The translations under genes were made by a program, and so were the position numbers. A model generated the notes under the pieces. It ran no database searches, was not told where the DNA came from, and was given only the letters and a program-made list of their open reading frames with translations. From Deltaproteobacteria bacterium (GTDB taxonomy: Bacteria > Myxococcota > Kuafuiibacteriia > Kuafuiibacteriales > Kuafuiibacteriaceae), in NCBI GenBank assembly GCA_040218735.1, contig JAVJQW010000057.1, positions 224,001-288,000 of the forward strand: 64,000 nt of DNA, written 5' to 3'. Shown one piece after another: positions 17,499 through 27,329 of the stretch; the stretch's first letter is position 1, and each line of letters begins with the position of its first letter.

Positions 17499-18864
17499 TC
17501 AGCGCCCCAGGAACGCGTACCCCAACGCGAGGAGCCGAGCGTCGGACCAGCGTGGGCCGAAGAACGACAGCCCCACCGGGCGCCCGTCGATCTTCCCCAT
17601 CGGGACCGTGAGGTGCGGCGCGCCCTCGATCGCCGCCGGCCCCGACGCGCTCGCGGTGATCTGGTCGCCGGCCTCGTAGTCGATCGGCCACGCCGGCGAG
17701 CCGGTCGGCGCGATGAAGGCGTCGAGCCGGTGCGTCGCGGCCACCTTCGCCAACCCCTTCGCAGCGATCTGCTCGGCGATGCGCGCCCGGGCGTGTGCGT
17801 TGCCCTCGGCGTCGACCTCGGACTGCGCGGCGAGGAACAGGTCCTGTCCGAAGTGCGGCATCACGCGGTCGGCGTGCCCGCCGTTGAACGCGATGAGCTC
17901 GGCGAGGTCCTTCGGCTGTCCGTCGCGCGCGTGGGATGCGAGGTAGAGGTTCAAGCCCGCGCGGAACTCGTAGAGCAGCGTGTACAGCTCGTCCGCGCCG
18001 TAGGCCTCGCGCTCCAGCAGCTCCACCTCGACGAGCGTCGCACCGGCCGCCTCCAAGCGCCGGCGCGCGTCGACGAAGATCGCGTCGAGCGCCGGCTCGT
18101 CGCCGAGCATCGTGGTCACGACGCCGAGCCGCACGTCTTTGAGGCTCACCTGGGTCAGCGAGGCCTCGAAGTCGTAGGCCATCTCCTTCGGGATCGCGGA
18201 CGTCGCCGGGTCGGCGTCGTCACGCCCCGCGATCACACCGAGGATCCGCGCGGCGTCCGCGACGCTGCGGGTCATCGGCCCCGCCGTGTCCTGCGTCTCG
18301 GAGATCGGCACGATGCCGTGACGCGAGACGAGGCCGACCGTCGGCTTGAAGCCGACGATGCCGTTCACCGCGGCCGGGCAGACGATCGAGCCGTCGGTCT
18401 CCGTACCGAGCGCCGCGGCCGCGAGGCCGGCCGCGACGGCGACACCCGATCCCGAGCTCGAACCGCAGGGGTTGAGGCCGTGCACGCCCCGCGTCTGACC
18501 GCCGAAGCTGCTCCACCCGCTGGTGGACTTCACGCTGCGGATGTTCGCCCACTCCGAGAGGTTCGTCTTGCCGAGCACGACGCCACCCGCGGCGCGCAGC
18601 CGTCGAACGATCGGAGCGTCGGCGGCGGGTGTGTTCTTCGCCAACGCGAGTGAGCCCGCGGTCGTCGCGAACCCCGTCGCGTCGATGTTGTCCTCGAGGA
18701 GGATCGTCGCGCCGAACAGCGGCCCCTTCGACGCGGCCCTTCCGCACGGCTTCGGCCTGCGCGACGAGCGGCGCGTCGAGGAGCGCACCGACGTCGGGCG
18801 TCGAAGGGGCCGCCACCTTCGTGCACCCCACGACCAACAGACACGCGGCGAGCCTCACGTTCAT
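17499..18864 (-). pseudogene. Amidase-signature family lipoprotein, disrupted by deletion plus frameshift near 18730
   Basis: Lipoprotein N-terminus [14 protein letters not shown] (ATG 18864) is in a different frame from the amidase core ([35 protein letters not shown]); catalytic Lys motif reads LEDN instead of LKDN. Confidence 0.75.
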
Positions 18865-18915
18865 CGGGGCCGAGTGTGCTAGCGTCACGCCGACGAACCA
18901 AGGGCACCTCGGACG

Positions 18916-20214
18916 ATGAAGCCGACCACCTCGAACCGCGCCGCGCTCGCGTTCCTCCTGCTGGTGGCGTGCAGCCGGGTCGACGTCGAGAACCGGTTCC
19001 TCGCCTCGCCGCTCCCGGAGGGCACCCGCGCGGCGATCCTGGCGGTGACCTCCGGCGGTTCGCTCACGGTCGAAGCGTTCGACGTCGACGCCGCCGAACC
19101 GCTCCTCCCCGGCGCGACGTTCGAAGAAGACGCGTCGCTGGAGCTCCTCGGCTTCACGCGCTCCCTCGACACACTCGGCCTCGAGCCGGGCGAGCTCGGC
19201 GCGCTGGAGGACGGGACGGCCCTCCCCTCCCCCGCGACGGTGCACCGCGCGACGCTCGAACGCAGCGACTGGGTGCCGGCCGACGCACCGAGCGATCGCG
19301 TCGCGATGTTTCGGACGGGCCGGACCGAGACGGACCCGTGCGCGAAGCTCGACGTCCAGACGCTGTTCCTCGACACGGTCTCTCCCGCGACGAGCGTCGT
19401 CCCGGTCGGCGACGCGCTGTGGATCTTCACCGAGGCACCGGGAGAGGTCTTCGTCTTCGACGGCACGACGACACAACGCACGCTGACCTCCCCCGTCGTG
19501 GACACCCGCGAAGTCGGCGTGGGCCCCGACGGTCGCCTCGCGGTCTTCACCTACCGCGAGCTGTACCGAGGGCGCCCCGATGGCCTCGAGCTCGACCTCG
19601 TCGTCGAAACCTCGTCGATCGGGCGAGGTGTCGTCTCGCGCGTCTTCGTCACCGACGACCGCGTCCTGCTCATCACCACCGCGGGACGCGTGGTCGAGGC
19701 GGGGTCGACCTCTTCGATCTTCGAGTTCGATCTCGCGACGACGTCGGATGACACCGGCATCATCGAAGTCGACGGGGTGATCTACGCCGTCTCCGAGAAC
19801 ACCACGCGGATGGTGCGCGTACCCGCGAACGGCCCCGCGCGACTCATCGGCGTCCCGTCGTCGAGCGGCCCACTGAGCATCGCCCACCTCGACGGCTACG
19901 GCGTCGTCGTCGGCACGGTGTCATCCGAGGTCTACCGAGTCGTCGACGACCGCCTGGATCTCATCGGCGTCGTCGGGCTCAACAAGTCGCGCACCGTGCT
20001 GCCGTGGGGTGACGACATCCTCGTCGGCGGCAACAACGGCAGCGTCGCGATCCTCGCGCGCGACGGCACGACGTGCACGACCGGCCGCGAGACCGTCGAG
20101 GACCTCGCGATCGGCGCGCGCCTCGGCGACGCCGCGGTGTTCCTGCCGACGTCGGGGTCGGACCGCGTACGCGCGGGCGGCAACACGCCGATGACCGTGG
20201 TGCGCGTTCGTTAG
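18916..20214 (+). CDS. Hypothetical lipoprotein, beta-propeller-like C-terminal region
   Basis: Lipobox LLVAC; repeated short beta-strand blades; host-like codon usage. Confidence 0.7.
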   Translation: MKPTTSNRAALAFLLLVACSRVDVENRFLASPLPEGTRAAILAVTSGGSLTVEAFDVDAAEPLLPGATFEEDASLELLGFTRSLDTLGLEPGELGALEDGTALPSPATVHRATLERSDWVPADAPSDRVAMFRTGRTETDPCAKLDVQTLFLDTVSPATSVVPVGDALWIFTEAPGEVFVFDGTTTQRTLTSPVVDTREVGVGPDGRLAVFTYRELYRGRPDGLELDLVVETSSIGRGVVSRVFVTDDRVLLITTAGRVVEAGSTSSIFEFDLATTSDDTGIIEVDGVIYAVSENTTRMVRVPANGPARLIGVPSSSGPLSIAHLDGYGVVVGTVSSEVYRVVDDRLDLIGVVGLNKSRTVLPWGDDILVGGNNGSVAILARDGTTCTTGRETVEDLAIGARLGDAAVFLPTSGSDRVRAGGNTPMTVVRVR

Positions 20215-21065
20215 CGCGCCGTCGTCGAGGTCCGCGCCCGCGCGATCGCGAGCCGGTCGGACTCGGTGGGCTCGAGCAGTCCGAACGCCCCGCGCCACTC
20301 GACCTGGAGCGCGTCCGCGCCGTCGAGCGCGCCCAGCGGGATACGAGCGCGCCCCGCCGGATCGGTGTTGAAGGGGACGGCGCCCCGGCAGACTTCCTGC
20401 GCCCCGCCGATGACACTCGCGCCGCCTACAACGCAGCCGGCGCTCCCGAGGAGCAACGTGGCGGCGACAGAGGCGGCGGGCTTTTCGAGGCACGGACGTG
20501 GCTCGGAGGCCTTGCGTTCGACGACCTCGTACGTGCGTGTGTCTTCGCGCTCCATCACCGAGCCGATGATGATGTCCACCATGCCGATCAGGAACCCGGT
20601 TGCGATGACGACGCCGCCCGCGATCAGCAAGGCCCCGGCCAGGTCGTCGCTGACCTCCGTCGGTTCGTCGTCGTCGTCGTCGCAGACGCTGGTCGCACCG
20701 CACAGGGGGATGGCCAAACCCAGTGTGAGGCCGGCGAGGATCTCCGCACCGCCGAAGCTCGACATGCTCGTGACCTCGTCTTCGTCATCGACCCACGCGG
20801 TGAGCTCCGTCTCCACGACATCGACGTGCTCGGTGCGGTGCTCGATGCAGGTGTCGGCCTCCATCAGCGTGAACGTGAGGGTGTCGTCGTCGACGCGGAG
20901 GCCCTCGGCGTAGACTCGACGGGGGCCGACCGCCTCTTCCCGGGTCTCGACGTCGGTGACCTCCCGCGAGATCACCTCGCCGGGGACCTGCTTCAAGGTG
21001 TGCGTCGAGATGCCGCACCCCGTCATCCATCCTGCGAGAAGCCCCACCGCCCCACGTCGCCACAT
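20211..21065 (-). CDS. Hypothetical lipoprotein with internal Gly-rich hydrophobic hairpin
   Basis: Lipobox-like WMTGC; two hydrophobic segments (AEILAGLTLGLAIPL, LAGALLIAGGVVIATGFLIG); convergent 4-bp stop overlap with the previous gene. Confidence 0.65.
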   Translation of the reverse strand: MWRRGAVGLLAGWMTGCGISTHTLKQVPGEVISREVTDVETREEAVGPRRVYAEGLRVDDDTLTFTLMEADTCIEHRTEHVDVVETELTAWVDDEDEVTSMSSFGGAEILAGLTLGLAIPLCGATSVCDDDDDEPTEVSDDLAGALLIAGGVVIATGFLIGMVDIIIGSVMEREDTRTYEVVERKASEPRPCLEKPAASVAATLLLGSAGCVVGGASVIGGAQEVCRGAVPFNTDPAGRARIPLGALDGADALQVEWRGAFGLLEPTESDRLAIARARTSTTAR

Positions 21066-21173
21066 GCTCGGGGGCGAGGATGCCAGAGCGCGTTAGGGGA
21101 CCCGAAACCTTGGCGGCGCTCACACGAGCGGCAACCTTGGCCGGTGGGTGCAACCGGAGCGGTCACACCTGCC

Positions 21174-21203
21174 GTCCGGGACGGTCCGGGACGGTCGCGG
21201 ACG
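21174..21203 (+). repeat. Three 10-bp tandem units GTCCGGGACG/GTCGCGGACG
   Basis: Direct reading; a further direct repeat AACCTTGGC lies at 21106 and 21133. Confidence 0.7.
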
Positions 21204-21236
21204 CTGCGTTCGGACCCGAATCGACTCGATCCTCGG

Positions 21237-21252
21237 TGGCACGCGAAGTGCT
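21237..21252 (+). promoter_or_regulatory. Putative sigma54 promoter
   Basis: TGGCACG-CGAA-GTGCT, GG-N10-GC spacing. Confidence 0.65.
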
Positions 21253-21280
21253 CAGTGGGTCGGTCAGGAGGCACGAACCC

Positions 21281-21454
21281 ATGACGAAGTCGAACCGCCG
21301 CACCCCGAAGGCCCGCTGGGCCGCCGCGCGCACGCCCCAGACCACCCACGCGACCCGCCCGATCGACCCCAAGCTGAAGACGCTCCAGGACCGCACCTCG
21401 GACATGGGCACGATCTTCTCGATGCTCGCGCGGATCCGGTCGGAGCGCGGCTGA
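21281..21454 (+). CDS. Small basic protein (57 aa), unknown function
   Basis: AGGAGG Shine-Dalgarno 9 nt before ATG, sigma54 motif upstream, GC3-rich codons. Confidence 0.7.
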   Translation: MTKSNRRTPKARWAAARTPQTTHATRPIDPKLKTLQDRTSDMGTIFSMLARIRSERG

Positions 21455-21527
21455 CCGGCGTCGAAGCGGATTCTCGCCTCGGCAGTTAGGCGGTCGAGGG
21501 CGCCCGAAGATTGGGTATGCTCGGCCC

Positions 21528-22523
21528 ATGCGTCGGACGTTGCCGCTCCTCGCGCTCGCGACGACCCTCGCCTGCACCGAGGAGCACCCCAACGACTTCA
21601 CGATCGAGCTGCTGGGCGACCAAGCCTCGCTCGCGCTCCTCGCCCGCCAAGAGCTCGCCGTGCGCGACGCGTGCGAGACACCCGCTTCCTGCGTCAACGA
21701 ACCGTGCTGCGTGACGCAGCAGATCGCGGTCGTGGGCGCGGGCGTGGACGCGCCGGTCGCGGTCGCGACGGTCGACGGACGCTCCGTCATCGTGTCCGCG
21801 CAGATCCCCGGCGACGCGACCCTCACGGTGCGCGCCACCCTCGACGGCGTGCCCGTCGAGACCACGCGCTCCCTGCGCGTGCGCGCCCCCGACCAAGTCA
21901 CGCTCGCCGCGCCGATCCCCGAGCGTCCCGACCGACGGAACGATCTGGTGTGCCTCCCGCCGGCCCTGTTCGAGGTCGGCACCACGGGGATCGTGCCGTA
22001 CCGCGCGACAGCCGCGGGTGAGACGCTGGTCACCGAGGGGTGGATGCCCGTCGCTTCGAGCGGCCCGGCGGTTCGTTTGAATGGACTCGGCGGAACGACC
22101 ACCCAACCGACGCAGCAGTTCGTCGCCAGCCAGGTCGGCGAAGCGACGATCTTCGCGGAGGTCGGACAACGATCGTCGGTCGCGTTGGTGGCGGTCGACG
22201 CCGGTGACTACGACGGCGTTCGCATCGGCCACCCCGGCGAAGTCGGCGTAGGTCGAAGCGTACGCGTCGAGGTCCCGGTCCAGGTGGACCGCCAGGACGT
22301 CTGCAACGACGCCGTCTCTCGCGTCATCTACATCGACACCCCGGACCTCTGTGCGTTCTCGACTTCGCAGCCCTCGGTCGCGCAGCCCCAGGCGAACCGG
22401 ATCGATCTCCCGGTCGGCGTCCTCACGGCGAGCCTCTCGGGCACCCAAGCCGGGACCTGCCAGCTCCGCGTTCGCGTGAATGGAACGAGCCTCGAGGCCA
22501 CGGCCTCGATCCCCGTGCGTTAG
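21528..22523 (+). CDS. Hypothetical lipoprotein with Ig-like folds
   Basis: MRRTLPLLALATTLAC lipobox; beta-rich; TATGCT -10 element 6 nt before ATG. Confidence 0.72.
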   Translation: MRRTLPLLALATTLACTEEHPNDFTIELLGDQASLALLARQELAVRDACETPASCVNEPCCVTQQIAVVGAGVDAPVAVATVDGRSVIVSAQIPGDATLTVRATLDGVPVETTRSLRVRAPDQVTLAAPIPERPDRRNDLVCLPPALFEVGTTGIVPYRATAAGETLVTEGWMPVASSGPAVRLNGLGGTTTQPTQQFVASQVGEATIFAEVGQRSSVALVAVDAGDYDGVRIGHPGEVGVGRSVRVEVPVQVDRQDVCNDAVSRVIYIDTPDLCAFSTSQPSVAQPQANRIDLPVGVLTASLSGTQAGTCQLRVRVNGTSLEATASIPVR

Positions 22524-22538
22524 GCGCGACCCCGTCCG

Positions 22539-23279
22539 TCACACGCTGACGCGTTCGCGGAAGTCCGGCGCGAACGACAGGGGCGTCGGGCGCATCGTGA
22601 ACAGGTAGAGCACGAGGGGCGCGCCGCCGTTGAGCGCGCGGACGAGCGTGAAACACGCGCCGCCGTCGACGCCGAAGTAGATCATGCGCATCGACGCGGT
22701 GAGGAAGCCCCAGAACGCCATGTAGACGAGCACCGGCTTCGAGGGGCGCAAGACGACGAGCACGGCGAGGATCACGTCGATGACGCCGATCAGGAACGTC
22801 GCGGTGGCGGTGACCGGAGCGTGGAGCACCACGCCGAAGACCTTGTCGATCGAGACTTCGATGTACGCGAGGAACGGCGGGTGCAGCACGAGCGCCTTGA
22901 TGCCGTGCGCGAGGAACACCGCGGCGATCGTCCAGCGCAACACCGTCCGCGCCCGTCGCTCGTCCCCACGCGCGAGCAGCCACAAGGCGATCGGTCCACC
23001 GTAGCGGATGGCCTGCGACAGCAGCGACATTCGACCGGCGTAACCGTCGGCGCGCGCGACGGCGAACAGCGCCTCGAAGAACATGACCGCCGCGATCGGG
23101 AGCAGCCACGCGGCGCTCGGGCGAATCACCGCCACCAACCCGAGGAACACGATCGTGTGGGCGACGAACGGCACGCCGAGCTGCGAGCCGTCGCGCAGCC
23201 ACCACCAGGCGGCGCCGACACACTGCAGGAGCACGAGCACCCCGAGTGCCCGCTCCGCGACCGAGCGTTCCGACCTCAC
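22539..23279 (-). CDS. Integral membrane protein (DoxX-like, about 7 TM)
   Basis: Multiple hydrophobic helices, LRWTIAAVFLAHG, YMAFWGFLTASMR; TATGCT 7 nt before GTG. Confidence 0.7.
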   Translation of the reverse strand: MRSERSVAERALGVLVLLQCVGAAWWWLRDGSQLGVPFVAHTIVFLGLVAVIRPSAAWLLPIAAVMFFEALFAVARADGYAGRMSLLSQAIRYGGPIALWLLARGDERRARTVLRWTIAAVFLAHGIKALVLHPPFLAYIEVSIDKVFGVVLHAPVTATATFLIGVIDVILAVLVVLRPSKPVLVYMAFWGFLTASMRMIYFGVDGGACFTLVRALNGGAPLVLYLFTMRPTPLSFAPDFRERVSV

Positions 23280-23332
23280 CGGTCACAGCATAGGCGCCAC
23301 ACCCGAACGGGCACATGCGAAAAAGGACGGAC

Positions 23333-23348
23333 TGGCCTAGCTCTTGAA
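23333..23348 (+). promoter_or_regulatory. Putative sigma54 promoter (-12 variant)
   Basis: TGGCCTA-GCTC-TTGAA, 12 nt before ATG 23361. Confidence 0.45.
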
Positions 23349-23360
23349 TCTACCGGGGGC

Positions 23361-24692
23361 ATGAAAACGCCCCAGCGCTGGATGTCCCTCTCGATCGCGC
23401 TCCTCCTGTTCGCCACCTCCGCAGGGGTCGGAATGTTCTTCGACGACGTCGTGCGCGGTGCCCTGGCCGTGGACGCGGTCGCGGCGCACGCGCACGTCCT
23501 CACCGTCGGTCTGGTCTGGGTGGCGGCGGCGATGGCCGCGCTCCTCGTCACCGTCGTCGTGCGGAGTCACTTCGTCGACGGTCGGGGCATCTCGCGCACG
23601 CGGCGCGCGGCGCGGGCGACGCGCTTCACGATCGGCCTCGTGGTCGCGACGCTGCTCGCGTTGCGCATGGGTGCGCCGTACTTCCTGGAGGCGGTGTTCG
23701 ACGACGCGCTCGGCACGCTCCCCGACCACTGGGGCTCGGTGCAGGACGTCGACCTCGCGCTGTACCGAGGGCGCTACACCGCGCACGGCCTCGTCGTCCT
23801 CGAACGCAACGCCGACACCGATCACCCGGTGCTCGCGCTGAAACGAACGGAGGTCGAGCTGGACTGGGAGCGGCTCCTCGACGGCGAGATCGACGCGGTC
23901 GTCGCGCTCACCGGTCCGCGCATCGCGATCGTGAAGACCAAAACGACGCTGCAGACAGGCGAGAGCCCCGCGCTTCGACAGCTGCTCCTGGACTTCGTCC
24001 CGCTCGACATCTCGCGGTTCACGGTCGACGGTGGGCGCTTCCTCTTCGTCGACGAGACGGCCTCGCCACGCGTCGAGCTCGACCTTCGCGACATCCACGC
24101 GCGCGCGTCGGGCCTGTCGACGCGGCCGCGCGTCGAGGATCGTACGAAGCCGGGCGCCCTCCCCGCGCACGTGGAAGCGCGTGCCTCCGTTCTCGGCCAG
24201 GCGCCGCTCACGGTGGAGCTCGACCTCGACGCGTTTGCGACGGAGCCGACGTTCGACTTCGCCATGCAGATGGATCGGCTCCCGCTCGCGGCGCTCAACG
24301 ATGTCACTCAGGCGTACGCAGGCTTCGACTACGAGGCCGGGACCCTCGCGTTTTCGTCCGAGCTCGCCGCCGCCAACGGCGCCCTGGAGGGCTACGCCAA
24401 GCCGGTGCTCGCCGACCCGGACGTGCTCGACACCGACGGCAACGACGAGGACGACGGCATCCTCGAAGTGAGCTGGAACGCGTTCGTCGGCGCGGTGTCG
24501 TTGCTCCTCGAGAACCACACGACGGACACCGTCGCGACGCGCATCCCCCTCGAAGGTCGTTTCGACCAGCCGGACGTCGGGGTGATCGCGACCGTGCTGA
24601 ACCTACTCGGGCATGCCTTCGTCGACACGATCAACGCCAACGTCGAAGGCTCGATCTCCATCGAGGACGTCTTGGCTCGAGAGGCCAGCTGA
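23361..24692 (+). CDS. DUF748 (AsmA-like) domain membrane-anchored protein
   Basis: Three N-terminal TM helices then GSVQDVDLALYRGRY, LNDVTQAYAGFDYEAG, LEGYAKP, LENHTTDTVATRIPLEGRFDQP pattern. Confidence 0.8.
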   Translation: MKTPQRWMSLSIALLLFATSAGVGMFFDDVVRGALAVDAVAAHAHVLTVGLVWVAAAMAALLVTVVVRSHFVDGRGISRTRRAARATRFTIGLVVATLLALRMGAPYFLEAVFDDALGTLPDHWGSVQDVDLALYRGRYTAHGLVVLERNADTDHPVLALKRTEVELDWERLLDGEIDAVVALTGPRIAIVKTKTTLQTGESPALRQLLLDFVPLDISRFTVDGGRFLFVDETASPRVELDLRDIHARASGLSTRPRVEDRTKPGALPAHVEARASVLGQAPLTVELDLDAFATEPTFDFAMQMDRLPLAALNDVTQAYAGFDYEAGTLAFSSELAAANGALEGYAKPVLADPDVLDTDGNDEDDGILEVSWNAFVGAVSLLLENHTTDTVATRIPLEGRFDQPDVGVIATVLNLLGHAFVDTINANVEGSISIEDVLAREAS

Positions 24693-24769
24693 GACGCACG
24701 CGGCGTGGTCGACGTGCACGCGCGTGGCAACGTGCCTCGCTTCTCGTAACCCAGCGCGTGCACTCCCCG

Positions 24770-24785
24770 TGGCCCACATCCTGCT
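24770..24785 (+). promoter_or_regulatory. Putative sigma54 promoter
   Basis: TGGCCCA-CATC-CTGCT, GG-N10-GC, 12 nt before ATG 24798. Confidence 0.6.
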
Positions 24786-24797
24786 CTTGGGCGGGAC

Positions 24798-26906
24798 ATG
24801 TTCAGCCCCAGGACACCATGGACCCTCGCCGTCGCAATCTGCGCGAGTAGCGCTGTCGCGCACGCGCAGCCCGTCGACCGAACCGCAGAGGCCGGCGCGA
24901 CCGTCACCGCGCGCGGTGACAACACGAGCGCCAACGAAGGCATCGCCCAGCTCGTCGACGACGGCCCCCAGACCAAGTGGCTCGACTTCGCGCCGACGAC
25001 GTGGGTCCAGATCGACTTCGGCGGCACGAGCGCCGGCGCGTACGCCGTCACGAGCTACGCGCTGACCTCGGCGAACGACTACCCCGAACGCGACCCGGCC
25101 GACTGGACCCTCTCGGGCTCCGACGACGGCGCGAGCTGGACCGTGCTCGACACCCGGACCGGCGAGACCTTCCCCACGCGCTTCGCGGTGAACAGCTACA
25201 CGATCGGCAACACGACGGCGTACCGCTACTACCGCCTCGACCTCACCAACGCCGCCAGCGCGCAGAACACGTGGGCGCCCACGCAGGTCGCCGAGCTCGA
25301 GCTGTTCGCCGGCGCCGCGACACCACCGCCGCCCGTCTGCGGCGACGGGACCTGCGAAGGCGCGGAGGACTCGAACACCTGCCCCGCCGACTGCGGAGCG
25401 CCGCCTCCTCCGCCCTCGCCGCCCGCTTCGGATCTCACGTCGGGAGCGTCGGTGACGGCGCGCGGTGAGTATCAGTGGGTCGGCGACGTCGCGCCCAACC
25501 TCGTCGATGACGACGCGCAGACCAAGTGGCGCGACGACGCTGCCGCGTCCTGGGTCGAGATCGATCTGTACGCCGCCTACGCGGTCGACGGCTACAGCCT
25601 CACCTCCGCCAACAACGCGTGGCGCCGCGACCCGTCGGCGTGGACGCTGTCGGGCTCCAACGACGGCGCGAGCTGGACCACGGTCGACAACCGAGCGAAC
25701 GAGTCCTTCGGCTCACGTCTCCTCACGCGCAGCTTCACCGCGAACAACACGACCGCCTACCGCTACTGGCGCTTCGACTTCACCAACAGCGGCGCGAGCG
25801 AGACGCAGCTCGCCGAGATCGAGCTGTTCGCGAGCGGCGGCGCGCCGACGCCCGTCTGCGGCGACGGAACCTGCAACGGCGCCGAGGACTCGGCGTCCTG
25901 CCCCGCCGACTGCGGCGCTCCGCCGCCCCCCGTCTGCGGCGACGGCGTCTGCAACGGCGCCGAGGACTCGGCGTCCTGCCCCGCCGACTGCGGCGCTCCG
26001 CCGCCCCCTCCGCCGCCGGCCGGCGTGCCGACGTACTCCGGCGGCACCTGCCCGACGTTGCAGCAGGGCATGAACGTGGGCTTCTACGTCGCCAACGCCA
26101 ACTCCGCGATGCCGACCGCGCCCGGCGCGTCCGTGACGTACCGCGACGTCGAGATTCGGCTCCCCGCGAACCCGAACGGCGCCCCCGTGGTGTTCACGTG
26201 GCACTGGTACGGCGGCACGAGCGACCGCGCGATCGACTGGACCGGGCTCGGCGGCACCGGCTACGCCGAGAACTTCATCGTCGTGTCGCCCGTGTCGGTC
26301 ACCGACGCGCCGCAGAACGACGTCGGCTACTTCGAGTGGTACACGGGCGCGGCCCCGAACGGGAACCCGGACCTCGAGCTCGCCGAGGACCTGCTCGCGT
26401 GCCTCTACGATCAGTTCGGGGTGGACCTCGACCGCGTCTACGCGACCGGACACAGCGCCGGCGCGATGTTCGTCAGCTACCTACTCCAGCACTGGAGTCA
26501 CCGCCTCGCCGCGGCCGCGACGATGTCCGGCGGCGAGCAGTACATCGCGAGTTATCTGCCCGCGAGTGACCGTAGCAATCCTCCGTACGCGACGCCGAGC
26601 TACGCGCTCCCCGTGCTTGCCGTCCACGGCGGCGCCGGTGACATCTTCTATTCGTCGTACCACACGGACTACAGCTTCATGGACGGCACCCAGCTGCTCG
26701 CCGACGACCTCACCACGGACGGGAGCGCGGTCGTGATCTGCGACGGTGGATTCGGCCATCAGATCCCACCGCCCCAGAACACCGTGACGGTCTCCGACTA
26801 CCTGCTGTGGCCGTTCTTCCTGGACCACCCGCGCACCGGGACACCGTACGCGTCCTCCGCCGACTTCCCCGCGTCGTTCCCCAGCGGTTGGTGCGCGATG
26901 AACTGA
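24798..26906 (+). CDS. Secreted modular esterase: two discoidin/F5-8-type domains, three Cys-rich repeats, C-terminal alpha/beta hydrolase (PHB depolymerase/feruloyl esterase-like)
   Basis: Signal peptide AHA/Q; YxLTSAN..RDP..WTLSGS.DG.SW twice; CGDGxCxGAEDSxxCPADC x3; nucleophile elbow ATGHSAGA, HGGAGD, GFGHQIP. Confidence 0.85.
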   Translation: MFSPRTPWTLAVAICASSAVAHAQPVDRTAEAGATVTARGDNTSANEGIAQLVDDGPQTKWLDFAPTTWVQIDFGGTSAGAYAVTSYALTSANDYPERDPADWTLSGSDDGASWTVLDTRTGETFPTRFAVNSYTIGNTTAYRYYRLDLTNAASAQNTWAPTQVAELELFAGAATPPPPVCGDGTCEGAEDSNTCPADCGAPPPPPSPPASDLTSGASVTARGEYQWVGDVAPNLVDDDAQTKWRDDAAASWVEIDLYAAYAVDGYSLTSANNAWRRDPSAWTLSGSNDGASWTTVDNRANESFGSRLLTRSFTANNTTAYRYWRFDFTNSGASETQLAEIELFASGGAPTPVCGDGTCNGAEDSASCPADCGAPPPPVCGDGVCNGAEDSASCPADCGAPPPPPPPAGVPTYSGGTCPTLQQGMNVGFYVANANSAMPTAPGASVTYRDVEIRLPANPNGAPVVFTWHWYGGTSDRAIDWTGLGGTGYAENFIVVSPVSVTDAPQNDVGYFEWYTGAAPNGNPDLELAEDLLACLYDQFGVDLDRVYATGHSAGAMFVSYLLQHWSHRLAAAATMSGGEQYIASYLPASDRSNPPYATPSYALPVLAVHGGAGDIFYSSYHTDYSFMDGTQLLADDLTTDGSAVVICDGGFGHQIPPPQNTVTVSDYLLWPFFLDHPRTGTPYASSADFPASFPSGWCAMN

Positions 26907-26987
26907 CGCGAGGCAAATCGCCTCGGGCGCGGCCGCGAGTGAGACGTCTCCCCTCACCCCGCCGCGCACCGCGCGCGCCCGTCGCGC

Positions 26988-27003
26988 TGGTCCGAATCCT
27001 GCT
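26988..27003 (+). promoter_or_regulatory. Putative sigma54 promoter
   Basis: TGGTCCG-AATC-CTGCT, 13 nt before ATG 27017. Confidence 0.6.
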
Positions 27004-27016
27004 CTCTGACTCGGGC

Positions 27017-27319
27017 ATGAACGAGAACAACGAGCTCCGCGGCGTCGGCCTCATCGACAGCGACGCCGGACAGGACGAACGCTCCGACGCGCAGATCAAG
27101 GACGAGATCGAACGCACCGTGCGCCAGCTGCTCCGCGTGCAGCGCGCCGACGCCGAGCAGTACCCGGTGCACGTACGTGTGAAGCACGGCAAGGTCGTGC
27201 TCACGGGCAAGCTCCCGGATCGCGGGACGCGCCGCCTCCTCGTGCAGTTCACCACCGACATCCCGTCGGTCCGCGGCGTAGATTGCTCGGCCCTGTCGCC
27301 GACGAGCCTCCTCGACTGA
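27017..27319 (+). CDS. BON domain protein (single domain, no signal peptide)
   Basis: RSDAQIKDEI ... VHVRVKHGKVVLTGKL ... IPSVRGVD BON pattern. Confidence 0.78.
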   Translation: MNENNELRGVGLIDSDAGQDERSDAQIKDEIERTVRQLLRVQRADAEQYPVHVRVKHGKVVLTGKLPDRGTRRLLVQFTTDIPSVRGVDCSALSPTSLLD

Positions 27320-27329
27320 GGTGCCCGCG

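Noticed and set aside
18700-18780. Programmed ribosomal frameshift in the amidase
   Set aside because: No canonical slippery heptamer, and conserved residues are deleted, so recoding would not restore the protein
26909-26925. Hairpin CGAGGC-N5-GCCTCG after the esterase
   Set aside because: Short stem, no U-tract, expected by chance at this GC content
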